Shown: positions 50,757 through 62,095 of the stretch, in pieces
Position numbering within the stretch: the stretch's first letter is position 1
How the letters are laid out: each line of letters opens with the position of its first letter
Origin: Chiloscyllium plagiosum
Lineage: Eukaryota
Length of the DNA: 64,000 nucleotides
NCBI RefSeq assembly: GCF_004010195.1
Contig: NC_057718.1
Span: forward strand, 99,782,996-99,846,995
Reading direction: 5' to 3'
The notes under the pieces: model-generated
Told to the model about the DNA's origin: nothing
Database searches by the model: none
Seen by the model: only the letters and a program-made list of their open reading frames with translations
Position numbers and translations under genes: made by a program

Positions 50757-51296
50757 TTAGAGTGACGACTGCTTAGACATCAATTGGAGGTTGTTGAGTC
50801 AGTGAGAGGGAAGCTACAGAAGTTCACTTTAGTTTCCCAACAACGCAATAACTCTTACAGCACAGTTTGGCGACATAGTCTCACAGCAAATGAAATACGA
50901 CATTTATACACGTTCTGTATAAGGAATTGAGGGAGGTGGTTCAGAGCTCTGCAGTGCTGCCAATACATTGCTATAGCAAACCCTGAACTCTTTATGAACC
51001 AGGCATCACCTTCAATTCCCACAACTTTCAGCTTCATTTGTGGCCATCAAGTGAAACTTTATAAAGTGCACTTTGGAAGTTTCCGGGCTCAATCTTGAAT
51101 GGTTTGTACATGCTCCTAACACCATTTCGAGTCATAGAGATGTACAGCACGGAAACAGACCCTTGGATTATCACACTCTCATTGAGCTTTGTTGGACTCA
51201 ATGTAAAGCAGTTATTTACACAGATGTTATACAGAGTTTAGGTTCACTGTGGGTAAACTGCTTCATTACATCACATGGAAGTGAAGATTAATGCAT

Positions 51297-51606
51297 CTCA
51301 GTGGTTAGCACTGCTGCCTCACAGAACCAGGGTCCCAGGTTCGATTCCAGCCTTGGGCAACTGTCTGTACGGAGTTTGCACATTCTCCTCGTGTCTGCAT
51401 GGGTTTCCTCCGGGTGCTCCAGTTTCCTCCCACAGCCCAAAAATGTGCAGGTCAGGTGAGTTGGCCATGCTAAATTGCCCACAGTGTTAGGTACATTAGT
51501 CAGAGGGAAATAGGTCTGGGTGGGTTTCTCTTTGGAGGTCGGTGTGGACCTGTTGAGCTGAAGGGCCTGTTTCCACACTGTAGGGAATCTAATCTAATCT
51601 AATCTA
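51297..51606 (+). mobile_element. HE1-type V-SINE
   Basis: B-box ggttcgattcc, V-domain, (AATCT)4 tail. Confidence 0.9.
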
Positions 51607-51881
51607 TTCGCACCTTCCCCCAAATCTGTCACCTCTCCCATTGAGAAGGACAAGGGCAGCAGACACATGGAACATCACCCCCTGCAAGTTCCCCTTGAAG
51701 GCACTCACCATCCTGACTTGGAAATATATTGGTGTTCCTTCAGTATCGCTGGGTCAAAATCATGAAATTCCCTCCCTAAGGGCATTGGTGGACTGACAAT
51801 ACTGGGACTGCAATGGTTCATGAAGGCAATTCACCACCATCTTCTCAAGGGGCAATTAGGGATGGGCAAGAAATGCTGGGC

Positions 51882-52138
51882 CGTGTATTTGTGTGTGTGT
51901 ATTTGTATGTGTGTGTTTGTCTGGGGCTATGTGTGTGAGAGAGTGTGTATATGTATTTGTGTGTATGTATGTGTATGTATTTGTGTGTTGTGTATGTATG
52001 TATGTTTGTGTGTAGGTGTGTGTGTCTGTATGTGTTTGTGTGTGTTTATGTGTATATGTGTGTGATTGTGTGTATGTGTGTGCGTGATTGTGTGTATGTG
52101 TGTGTGTATGTGTCTTTTTGTGTGTGTGTGTTTGTGTG
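51882..52138. repeat. Imperfect (TG)n microsatellite
   Basis: Directly visible. Confidence 0.95.
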
Positions 52139-52962
52139 AATGATTACCACACTTTCTGTCATCACCTCCAGACCCAGAAGTTAAAAATAAACTACACTTT
52201 CCCTTTAAGTTCAAAAGGCTTTGCTGCTGTGTTAGTTAAAATGTATGCACATCCACATCCTAATACAACGATAACACACTGTGAAAACACCATAAATCTC
52301 TCAGCGAGACAGGCCATTCAGCCCAACCCGTCCTGACCAAGCCCCTCCCACCTTTCCTCCTGGAAGCTGACCATACTGTGAGCCTTTGTCCCAGTCCCCC
52401 TCAGCAGCTTGTCTCCCTGTGGAACACCAGGCTCCTTTACGCACCATGCTTATCTCCCATCAAACATACCTGCCTCAGGTAAGATCATCTATTCCTAAAT
52501 TGTCAGAAGTCTTTGAATGGCTTACTTGTTTGATCCAAAGTTACTTTCATTCTCTGCTCTCAACCTTGTTGAAGAGCGTGTTTTCTGTTAATGGTTATCC
52601 ACAGTTAAACCCTCTATTTATGTTTACTGAAGCACTGACACCACACCTTAATCACTCATAGCACATAATATAACTGTCACTTCTTAAACAAACACTTTGT
52701 TGCCCGCACTGGCTGAGGTAGCCATGAAGGACTCACCTTCTCAATCTCTCCCCTCGCCCGAGGCATAGTGACCCTGGGCTTAACCTCCAATGAGAGAGCA
52801 GCCCTATGGTCCATTGGGACTATGGCAACCTTATCTTCTATGTTTCAGAAGACAGGCTCTGAATTACTCTCACGGCACCTTCAAAACCGTTTATTTATCG
52901 GCGAACGTGTTATTTAAAGAAAAAAGGAATCCTTGATGACCTATAACCTTTGTTTCCTTCAG

Positions 52963-53029
52963 ATGTCCCATTGACAATTCTTCCCAACAAAGACTGGGAG
53001 AGACGCTTGCTCAACTGTGAGGGCAAGCT
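52963..53029 (+). CDS. Weak candidate internal exon (67 nt) of an unidentified host gene
   Basis: Acceptor cctttgtttccttcag and donor ct|gtaagt. Exactly one frame is open (xVPLTILPNKDWERRLLNCEGKx). The protein is not recognised. Confidence 0.25.
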
Positions 53030-53379
53030 GTAAGTTTATCTCAGTACAGGCCTGAGGACTAGCTGGACGTAAGGAGTACCAGCGAGAGCTCCCAGAGTCA
53101 CTGGGAGCCCACCGGCTGTCAGAGAGTAATGGATATGGGATTGTCAAGACCAACAACCATACCACCAGGCACAGGGCTGAAAGCAGGAGATGACATTTGT
53201 TAAGCCTTTGAGAATCCATGGGGTCCACAGGATGGGCCAGTCTTCCTGAATCCACAGGACAGCAGTGATGCAAGGTTATACTGGGATTGTTTGGCACAGA
53301 GTGATGCAGCTTAGTGAGCTGATTTCAACTGGCAGTAATTAATCGTGGGCTGCGGGAGAACCTCCAGCCAGCACGGTCT

Positions 53380-53695
53380 CATGTAGCACATGTATGCACA
53401 CACGTGCAGCACCTACACGTGTGAAGCACCCACGCACATGTGCAGCACCCACACACTCGTGCAGCACCCACACACATGCAGCACATATGCATGCATGCAG
53501 CATATATGCACACACGTGCAGCACCCACACATATGCAGCACCCACACACATGCAGCACATATGCACACACGTGCAGCACCCACACACGTGTAGCACCCAC
53601 ACACATGCAGCACATATGCACACACGTGCAGCACCCACACACATGCAGCACCCACATACATGCAGCACATATACACACATGTACACACACGTAGA
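53380..53695. repeat. CA-rich minisatellite with alternating 17/21-bp subunits (about 38-bp higher-order unit)
   Basis: gcagcacccacacacat and gcagcacatatgcacacacgt repeat in alternation. Confidence 0.9.
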
Positions 53696-54023
53696 TACCA
53701 TACATTATGTGGTGGGTCAGCATTCCAGAGACAAATGATCTATTTGAAGACCCAAATGCATGCAGCTAGGAACCACCAATCCCCAGCAACCAAGAATGAA
53801 AACCAGGTTAATTTTAATTCCCCATCTTTACTCCAGTTAATAACAGTTCTGAAGAAGAGTCATATCAAACTCAAAACATTAGCTGTTTCTCTCTCCACAT
53901 ACACCATCCAGCACTTCTGATTTCATTTCAGATCTCCAGCATCCACTGTATTTCATTTTCATTTGACTTTGGTCATGGTCAGATGAATTCAAGAAGTCCA
54001 CTCATCACGGCTGTAAATTTATC

Positions 54024-54160
54024 ACGATGGCTCAGTGGTTAGCACTTCTGCCTCACAGCACTGGGGACCCAGGTTCGATTCCACCCTCGGGTAACTGCCT
54101 GTGTGGAGTTTGCACATTCTCCCCATGTCTGTGTGAGTTTCCTCCCACAGTCCAAAGATG
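54024..54160 (+). mobile_element. HE1-type V-SINE 5' half (3' half at 57361-57558)
   Basis: The head and V-domain end at ccaaagatgt and resume as tgtgcaggttagggtgg after the CR1. Confidence 0.9.
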
Positions 54161-57100
54161 TCCTCACGGGGGAGAGGGCCCAGCAAGAGGTCCTTGTCCA
54201 CATTGGAACCAACGACATAGGAAGGGAAAAGGTTGAGATTCTGAAGGGAAATTACAGAGAGCTAGGCAGGAATTTAAAAAGGAGGTCCTCGAGAGTAGTA
54301 ATATCTGGATTACTCCCAGTGCTACGAGCTAGTGAGGGCAGGAATAGGAGGACAGAGCAGATGAATGCATGGCTGAGGAGCTGGTGTATGGGAGAAGGAT
54401 TCACATTTTTGGATCATTGGAATCTCTTTTGGGGTAGAAGTGACCTGTACAAGAAGGACGGATTGCACCTAAATTGGAAGGGACTAATATACTGGCAGGG
54501 AGATTTGCTAGAACTGCTTGGGAGGATTTAAGCTAGTAAGGTCGGTGGGTGGGACCCAGGGAGATAGTGAGGCAAGAGATCGATCTGAGACGGGTACAGC
54601 TGAGAACAGAAGTGAGTCAAACAGTCAGGGCAGGCAGGGACAAGGTAGGACTAATAAATTAAACTGCATTTATTTCAATGCAAGGGACCTAACAGGGAAG
54701 GCAGCTGAACTCAGGGACATCATAGCAATTACAGAAACATGGCTCAGGGATGGGCAAGACCGGCAGCTTAATGTTCCAGGATACAAATGCTACAGAAAGG
54801 ATGGCAAGAGAGGAGGGGGAGTGGCATTTTTGATAAGGGATAGCATTACAGCTGTGCTGAGGGAGGATATTCCCGGAAATACACTCAGGGAAGTTATTTG
54901 GGTGGAACTGAGAAATAAGAAAGGGATGATCACCTTATTGGGATTGTATTATAGACCCCCTAATAGTCAGAGGGAAATTGAGAAACAAACTTGAAAGGTG
55001 ATCCCAGCTATCTGTAAGAATATTAGGGTGGTTATGGTAGGGGATTTTAACTTTCCAAACATAGACTGGGACTGCCAGAATGTTAAGGGTTTAGATGGAG
55101 AAGAATTTGTTAAGTGTGTACAAGAAAATTTAGAAAAGGATAGACCAGATCTAAAAGTTGAAGTTCTAAATTGGAGAAAGGCCAATTTTGACGGTATTAG
55201 GCAAGAACTTTCAAAAGCTGATTGGGGGCAGATGTTGGCAGGTAAAGGGACGGCTGGAAAATGGGAAGCCTTCAGAAATGAGATAATAAGAATCCAGAGA
55301 AAATATATTCCTATCAGGGTGAAAGGAAAGGCTGATAGGTATAGGGAATGCTGGATGACTAAAGAAATTAAGGGTTTGGTTAAGAAAAAGAAGAAGCATA
55401 TGTAAGGTGTAGACAGGATAAATCAAGTAAATACTTAGAAGAGTATAAAGGAAGTAGGAGTATACTAAAGAGGGAAATCAGGAGGACAAAAAGGGGACAT
55501 GAGATAGCTTTGGCAAATAGAATTAAGGAGAATCCAAAGAGTTTTTACAAATATATTAAGGACAAAAGGGTAACTAGGGAGAGAATAGGGCCCCTCAAAG
55601 ATCAGCAAGGCGGCCTTTTTGTGGAGCTGCAGAAAATGGGGGAGATACTAAATGAATATTTTACATCAGTATTTACTGTGGAAAAGGATATGGAAGATAT
55701 AGACTGTAGGGAAATAAGTGGTGACATCTTGCAAAATGTCCAGATTACAGAGGAGGAAGTGCTGGATGTCTTGAAACGGGCAAAGGTGGATAAATTCCCA
55801 GGACCTGATCAGGTGTACCTGAGAACTCTGTGGGAAGCTAGAGAAGTGATTGCTGGGCCTCTTGCTGAGATATTTGTATCATTGATAGTCACATGTGAGG
55901 TGCCGGAAGACTGGAGGTTGGCTAGTGTGGTGTCACTGTTTAAGAGGGGCGGTAAGACCAAGCCAGCGAACTATAGACCAGAGAGCCTGTCCTCGGTGGT
56001 GGGCAAGTTGTTGGAGGGAATCCTGAGGGACAGGATGTACATGTATTTGGAAAGGCAAAATCTGATTAGGGATAGTCAACATTGCTTTGTGCGTGGGAAA
56101 TCATGTCTCACAAACTTGATTGAGTTTTTTGAAGAAGTAACAAAGATGATTGATGAGGGCAGAGCAGTAGATGTGATCTAGTTGGACTTCAGTATGGCGT
56201 TCGACAAGGTTCCCCATGGGAGACTGATAAGCAAGGTTAGATCTCACGGAATACAGGGAGAACTTGCCATTTGGATACAGAACTAGCTCAAAGGTAGAAG
56301 ACAGAGGGTGGTGGTGGAAGATTGTTTTTCAGATTGGAGGCCTGTAACCAGTGGAGTGCCACAAGGATCGGTGCTGGGTCCACTACTTTTTGTCATTTAC
56401 ATAAAGATTTGGATGTGAGCATAAGAGGTACAGTTAGTAAGTTTGCAGATGACACCAAAATTGGAGGTGTAGTGAAGAGCAAAGAGGGTTACCTCAGATT
56501 ACAACAGGATCTGGACCAGATGGGCCAATGGGCTGAGAAGTAGCAGGTGGAGTTTAATTCAGATAAATGCGAGATGCTGCATTTTGGGAAAGCAAATCTT
56601 AACAGGACTTATACACTTAATGGTAAGGTCCGAGGGAGTGTTGCTGAACAAAGAGACCTTGGAGTGCAGGCTCATAGCTCCTTGAAAGTGGAGTCGCAGG
56701 TAGATAGGTTAGTGAAGGCGGCGTTTGGTATGCTTTCCTTTATTGGTCAGAGTATTGAGTACAGGAGTTGGGAGGTCATGTTGCGGCTGTACAGACTGTT
56801 GGTTAGGCCACTGTTGGAATATTGCGTGCAATTCTGGTCTCCTTCCTATCGGAAAGATGTTGTGAAACTTGAAAGAGTTCAGAAAAGATTTACAATGATG
56901 TTGCCAGGGTTGGAGGGTTTGAGCTACAGGGAGAGGCGGAACAGGCTGGGGTTGTTTTCCCTGGAGTGTCGGAGGCTGAGGGGTGAGCTTATAGAGGTTT
57001 ACAAAATTATGAGGGGCATGGATAGGGTAAATAGGCAAAGTCTTTTTCCTGGGGTCGGGGAGTCCAGAACTAGAGGGCATAGGTTTAGGGTGAGAGGGGT

Positions 57101-57360
57101 AAGATAGACAAGAGACCTAAGGGGCAACTTTTTCATGCAGAGGATGGTACGTGTATGGAATGATCTACCAGAGGACGTGGTGGAGGCTGGTACAATTGCA
57201 ACATTTAAGATGCATTTGGATGGGTATATGAATAGGAAGGGTTTGGAGGGATATGGGCCGGGTGCTGGCCGGTGGGACTAGATTGGGTTGGGATATCTGG
57301 TCGGCATGGACGGGTTGGACCGAAGCGTCTGTTTCTGTGCTGTACATCTCTATGACTCTA
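54161..57360 (+). mobile_element. HER1/CR1 LINE, 3.2 kb, 5'-truncated within ORF1, with stops, frameshifts and internal deletions
   Basis: ORF1 SGNH-esterase motifs VHIGTND and DGLHLN. Endonuclease motifs YFNAR, ITETWL, GGGVA, YRPPNS and GDFNFP. RT motifs PGPD, NYRP, QHCF..KSCLTNL and SKFADDTK. Tail ctctatgactcta. Confidence 0.95.
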
Positions 57361-57840
57361 TGTGCAGGTTAGGGTGGACTGGCCATGCTAAATTGCCCCA
57401 TATTGTCCAGGGGATGTGCAGGCTAGGTGAGTTGGCCATGGGAAATGCAGAGTTGCAGGGATGGGGTAGCAGGGTGGGAATGGGTGGGATGCTGTTTGGA
57501 GGGCCGGTGTGGACTTGATGGGTTGAATGGCCTGCTTCCACACTGTAGGGATTCTATGAAAAGCTTCTTAAATATGATAAGGGATTCTCTATCACCTCTA
57601 CCACCCTCTCAGGAAATGAGTTCCAGATTCCCACCACCCTCAGAATGAAAACATTCCCTTACAATCCAACGAGACCTCCTGCCCCTTACCTTAAACCTCT
57701 GTCCCCCCCCCCTCCAGTCACTGAACCCTCCATCATAGGGAAATATTTCTTCCAATCTGTACCCCTCAATCATACCCTGAGTTAGTCTCTACTGCTCTAA
57801 GGAATGAAACTCCAGTCTGTCCAATCTCTCCTCATAACTA

Positions 57841-58321
57841 CAGGGTCCCCACCCCCCGCTATCCGAAAGTGGAGTGTTCCTGTGAAACCTCTCGTAAGGA
57901 GAAATGGCGTTAAGCGAAGAAGCATGTATGTATATGGGAAAGATTTCGCCTTTTCTCATAAAAGCGAAAATCCTCTTCGGATTCTTTTGGTTAGCGAAGA
58001 CAGCTACTAACGCAATGATATGGAGGTGCTGGTGTTGGGCTGGGGTGTACAAAGTTAAAAAAAATCCACACAACACCAGGTTACAGTCCAATAGGTTTAT
58101 TTGGAAGCACTAGCTTTCTGAGCGCTGCTCCTTCATCAGGTGATTGTGGTGTATAAGATTGTAAGACACCACAGTCTTACAATCTTATTCTCCACAACCA
58201 CCTGATGAAGGAGCAGTGCTCAGAAAGCTAGTGCTTCCAAATAAACCTGTTGGTACTAACGTAGGTCTTTCACAAAAGGAAAGTAGCGTAAAGCAAACTT
58301 TCGAAAAGCGGGGGAAACCTG
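57841..58321 (+). mobile_element. Tc1/mariner (Tigger/pogo-like) MITE inserted in a CR1 fragment
   Basis: TA flanks at 57839-57840 and 58322-58323. Imperfect TIRs cagg..ccccgctatccgaaag and ctttcgaaaagcggggg..cctg. The host reads ctcataacta|aaactctccagc. Confidence 0.8.
58015..58253. mobile_element. PLE pLTR palindrome, family C, with two opposed hammerhead motifs
   Basis: Arms 58088-58167 and 58174-58253. cac-CTGATGA-A-GGAGC-AGT-GCTCA-GAAAGCTA-gtg at 58199-58233, mirrored at 58108-58142. TSD tactaacgya at 58005-58014 and 58254-58263. Confidence 0.88.
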
Positions 58322-59310
58322 TAAAACTCTCCAGCCCAGGCAACATCCAGGTAAACTAAATACCTGAAAAAAAACTGTTTCTGAAACTATTTCTGCATTG
58401 GCAATAGTTGAAGGTACTGACTCAAATCTTTCCCATCTTCCCCTACTGAAAGGCTGTCTTATTATCCCAGTAGGATTATCATCACCCTGGCTGGTTCCCT
58501 GCATTTGGAGGTAATGACGGCTCCAAGCTCAGGAAACTCTATCTGTTTCACTCTTTGTTTTTCCAGGCGACAAACATCTGTCACTGAGCAGCCAGCCTTA
58601 CAGACTGAGGTCGATAATGCACCGAGATCCCAGCTCTCATTCCTGTATAATAGCTGACTAAAAGGTGCCGTAAATCACAGGGGCAAGGCCTGCGCTATAA
58701 TAGAGACACATCACAGGCCATCAGAAACATGTATTGTAATAACATATGCAGTCAAGTAATTTGCAGCTGCTCATTACTTCAGACCAATACAACACAATCA
58801 ACATACACAACTTGTTAATTATGTTGTCAACATTTACTGCTGAGTCTCAACCAGATCTACAAGGAGGAAAAAACAACCCTCCACCCCAACTAGCTTTGTC
58901 ACTCCAAGACAATCAGCTACAGAAGTGAATTCTACATCATTTAATTCTTCAGCACTTCACCCTCCTAGAACAACCTACAGATAATTTATTCCAGATTAAC
59001 ATGAAAATACGGCCAAAGACATTTTGGAAGCCAACTGGGGATATTTTCACATGATTCTGCTTGACTGTGTGGAGCCAAGAATATGATTAATCATTCCTTA
59101 ATAGGGTTTGCAGGAAAATAGACTCTTCAGTAGCTGAGGGTCTGATCTCTTGGATTGTGCCAGAGGTACTGTTTGTGCTGGGTCTGCCCAACAGACTTAT
59201 CCATCAGCATTCACACATCTCTGACCATTCTCGGCTGGGAATAATTTATGTTTTACGCACTCCTGATGTTACCATCTCTTAGCTTATCAAAGCAGGTGAA
59301 CAGGGAGATT

Positions 59311-59518
59311 TCAAAACCAGACATTGCTGGAAAAGCTCAGCAGGTCTGGCAGCAACTGTGGAGAGAAATCAGAGTTAACGTTCTGAGGAAGGGTCACTCT
59401 GGCCTGAAACCTTAACTCTGATTTCTCTCCACAGGTGCTGTCAGACCTGCAGAGCTTTTCCAGCAATTTCCAGTTTTTTCCTGATTTAGAGCGTCCGCAG
59501 TTCTTTCGGTTTTTATTT
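59311..59518. mobile_element. PLE pLTR mini-palindrome, family B, perfect 14-bp TSD
   Basis: tgaacagggagatt at 59297-59310 and 59519-59532. The inverted arms surround CTGAGGA..GAAA. Confidence 0.88.
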
Positions 59519-59719
59519 TGAACAGGGAGATTAGTTTATTCTCTGTTCCTGACTAATCTTCCCTTGGGTCAGCAGTCTTTTGACAACAAGGGGAGACTGG
59601 TTGGTCTCAGGATGTTTACGTTGGTACAGGGGAGGCTGAGGAGAGGGATATAGGTATCCCTTGCTTTTCAAAAGTTCACCTTAGGACACTTTGCTGTTCT
59701 GAAAGACTTACATTATTAC

Positions 59720-60108
59720 CTGTTTTCACTCACCAAAAGAAATCCGAAGGGGATTTTTGCTTTTACAAGAAAAGACAAAATTCTTTTCATGGAGTTTGCA
59801 CATTCTCCCCGTGTCTGCTTGGGTTTCCTCCAGGTGCTCTGGTTTCCTCCCACAATCCAAAGATGTGCAGGTCAGGTGGATTGGCCATGTTACATTTCCT
59901 ACAGTGTTAGGTGCATTAGTCAGAGGGGAAGTGGGTCTGGGTGGGTTACTCTTTGGAGAGTCAATATGGACTGGTTGGGCCGAAGGGCCTGTTTCCACAC
60001 TGTAGGAAATCTAATCTAATCTAAATTAATGCTTCTTCGCTTTCCCCCATTTCAGCTTACAGAAGGTTTCGTAGGAACACTCTGCTTTCGGATAGCGGGG
60101 GTTACCTG
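59720..60108 (-). mobile_element. Second, partial copy of the Tigger-like MITE, interrupted by an HE1 SINE (about 59790-60023, plus)
   Basis: ctttcggatagcgggggttacctg-TA end. The internal sequence is the reverse complement of 57841-58000. Confidence 0.78.
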
Positions 60109-61021
60109 TACAATAATGAGAAGTATGGACGGTGTGGATAAGAACGCTCCATTACCCTTTGTTCAAGGGTCTATTACCAATGGATTTTGAATTAGGGTAA
60201 ATGGCAGGAGGTTGGGAGGGGGACTCAAAAATTAATTGTTTTTACCCCAGAGGGTGGTGGCTACCACAAGCCAAAGGGGTGAGGGAGACAAAACCCTCCA
60301 TCATGTTTTTAAATTGCTTGAGGATTTTAGATACGTAACATTTGGGGGCATGAGCCAAGAGCTGGATGGTGGGATTAGACTATGTAACTACTTGTTGGCT
60401 AATGTGGGCATGATGGAACAATGGGCTCCTTCTGTGCCATACATTTCAATGATGATTTGAGTTCGACAATGACAGTGAAGACACTTTCCCATAATAATGG
60501 TGAGGTTCTAGGGAGATGCAATGGGAGCTCATTAGCCCTAATCACTCCTGTTTTTCTCAACATGCAGATCTCCATAGCCTGCGCATGGCAATGGCCACCC
60601 AATCCAGAAGTCAACATGTATCGCCGTTCCGACCAGTGCAGGCAGGAACACGGAATGTCTGTGTACCTTAGACAGACGTTGCCTATTGAAGGGTTACTGA
60701 GTCATATGGCACGGAAAAAAAAACCTTCAGTCTAACCAGTCCATAATCCCAAACCAAGCTAGTCCCATCTGCCTATGCTTGGCCCATATCTCTCCAAAGT
60801 TAAAAATCACACAACACCAGGTTATAATAATATCCTTCCTATAACAGGGAGACGAGACTGGGACATAGTTGATCAGCAGATCTAAGACATCAGTCAACAA
60901 AGCTCAAATGGACGTTGACTCACGTCTCACTGAATTCTAGGTTAAGTAAACAATTAGCAGTGTGTTTGATTTTTAAAGTTCATGAGTTGTAACTTTCTTC
61001 CTATTCATAACTAATTCATTC

Positions 61022-61270
61022 ATAGAATCACAACAGTGTGGAAGCAGGCCATTCAGTCCATACTAACCCTCCGAGGGGCACCCCTATAACCCCACATTTC
61101 CCATGGTCCATCTACCCTAACCTGCACATCTTTGAACCATGTGAGGAAACCCACACAGACACGGGGAGAATGTGCAAACTCCACACAGACAGTCGCCTGA
61201 GGCTAGAATCGAACCTGGGTCTCTGGTGCTGTGAGGCAGCCATGCTAACCACAGAGCCACCATGCCACCC
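61022..61270 (-). mobile_element. HE1-type V-SINE
   Basis: Reverse-complement head and V-domain. Confidence 0.85.
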
Positions 61271-61756
61271 AGGGTGAAGTGGTGAAAGAGTTAATTTATG
61301 AGTAAAGCTGAAACTCTACCCACTCAGAAATATTACACAGCCACTGGGAAAGGGATCAGGCAAACAGCAGACTGCCATAGTCTCCCAATGGAGACTCATG
61401 GGTCTTTCCTACCACATCTTAGTACTAGTTAATCTGCCCAAGAACTAATGGAGCCTGTGTATTGTCGTTAGGATATAATACACGGAACCCTGTGTTCTAA
61501 GACAGGTCCATCCTCCGCCATACGTGGTCCTCAAGGCTGGCTCAACATTGGTGGCTCTACTTAAACCACAAGTGGTCACCCAGGCATCTCGTCTTATTAT
61601 AGTAAGGTGACCCTGATGATCACCTCATCGCTGCTAGGACATCTTTAACATTTTTACAGCAACCGACTTCATTATCTTCAGCTGTGTTTGAGATACTGAG
61701 GCAGGCGCATGCAATTCAATAACTGAGGGAGAGACATAGAGTTGTTGCTATTATAG

Positions 61757-62095
61757 GTGGTGCAGTGGCTCAGTGGTTAGCGCTGCTACCTCACAGCACC
61801 AGGCACCTGGGGTTCGATTCCAACCTCAGGTGGTTTGTCTGTGCGGAGTTTGCCCCATGTCTGTGCAGGTTCCCTCCGGGTGCTCTGGTTTCCTCCCATA
61901 GTCCAAAAAATGTGCAGGTTAAGGTGGATTGGCCATCGTAAATTGCCTGTAGTGTCCAGGGATGTGCAGGCTAGGTGGGTTAGCCATGGGAAATGGTAAC
62001 TCTGGGGCTACGGGGATTGGGTGTGATGCTCATCAGAGGGTCTGTGCAGGTTTGATGGGCTGAATGGCCTCTTTCTGCACTTAAGGATGCTGTGG
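61757..62095 (+). mobile_element. HE1-type V-SINE
   Basis: tggctcagtgg A-box, ggttcgattcc B-box, V-domain. Confidence 0.85.

Noticed and set aside
51820..52214. Cys/Val- or His/Thr-rich proteins
   Set aside because: Translations of a (TG)n microsatellite.
53339..53738. Cys/His-rich metallothionein-like ORFs in six frames
   Set aside because: Translations of a stop-free minisatellite.
58540..58615. Second candidate exon after ctctttgtttttccag
   Set aside because: The acceptor is good, but the nearest donor (gag|gtcgat) is weak and the peptide is unrecognisable.
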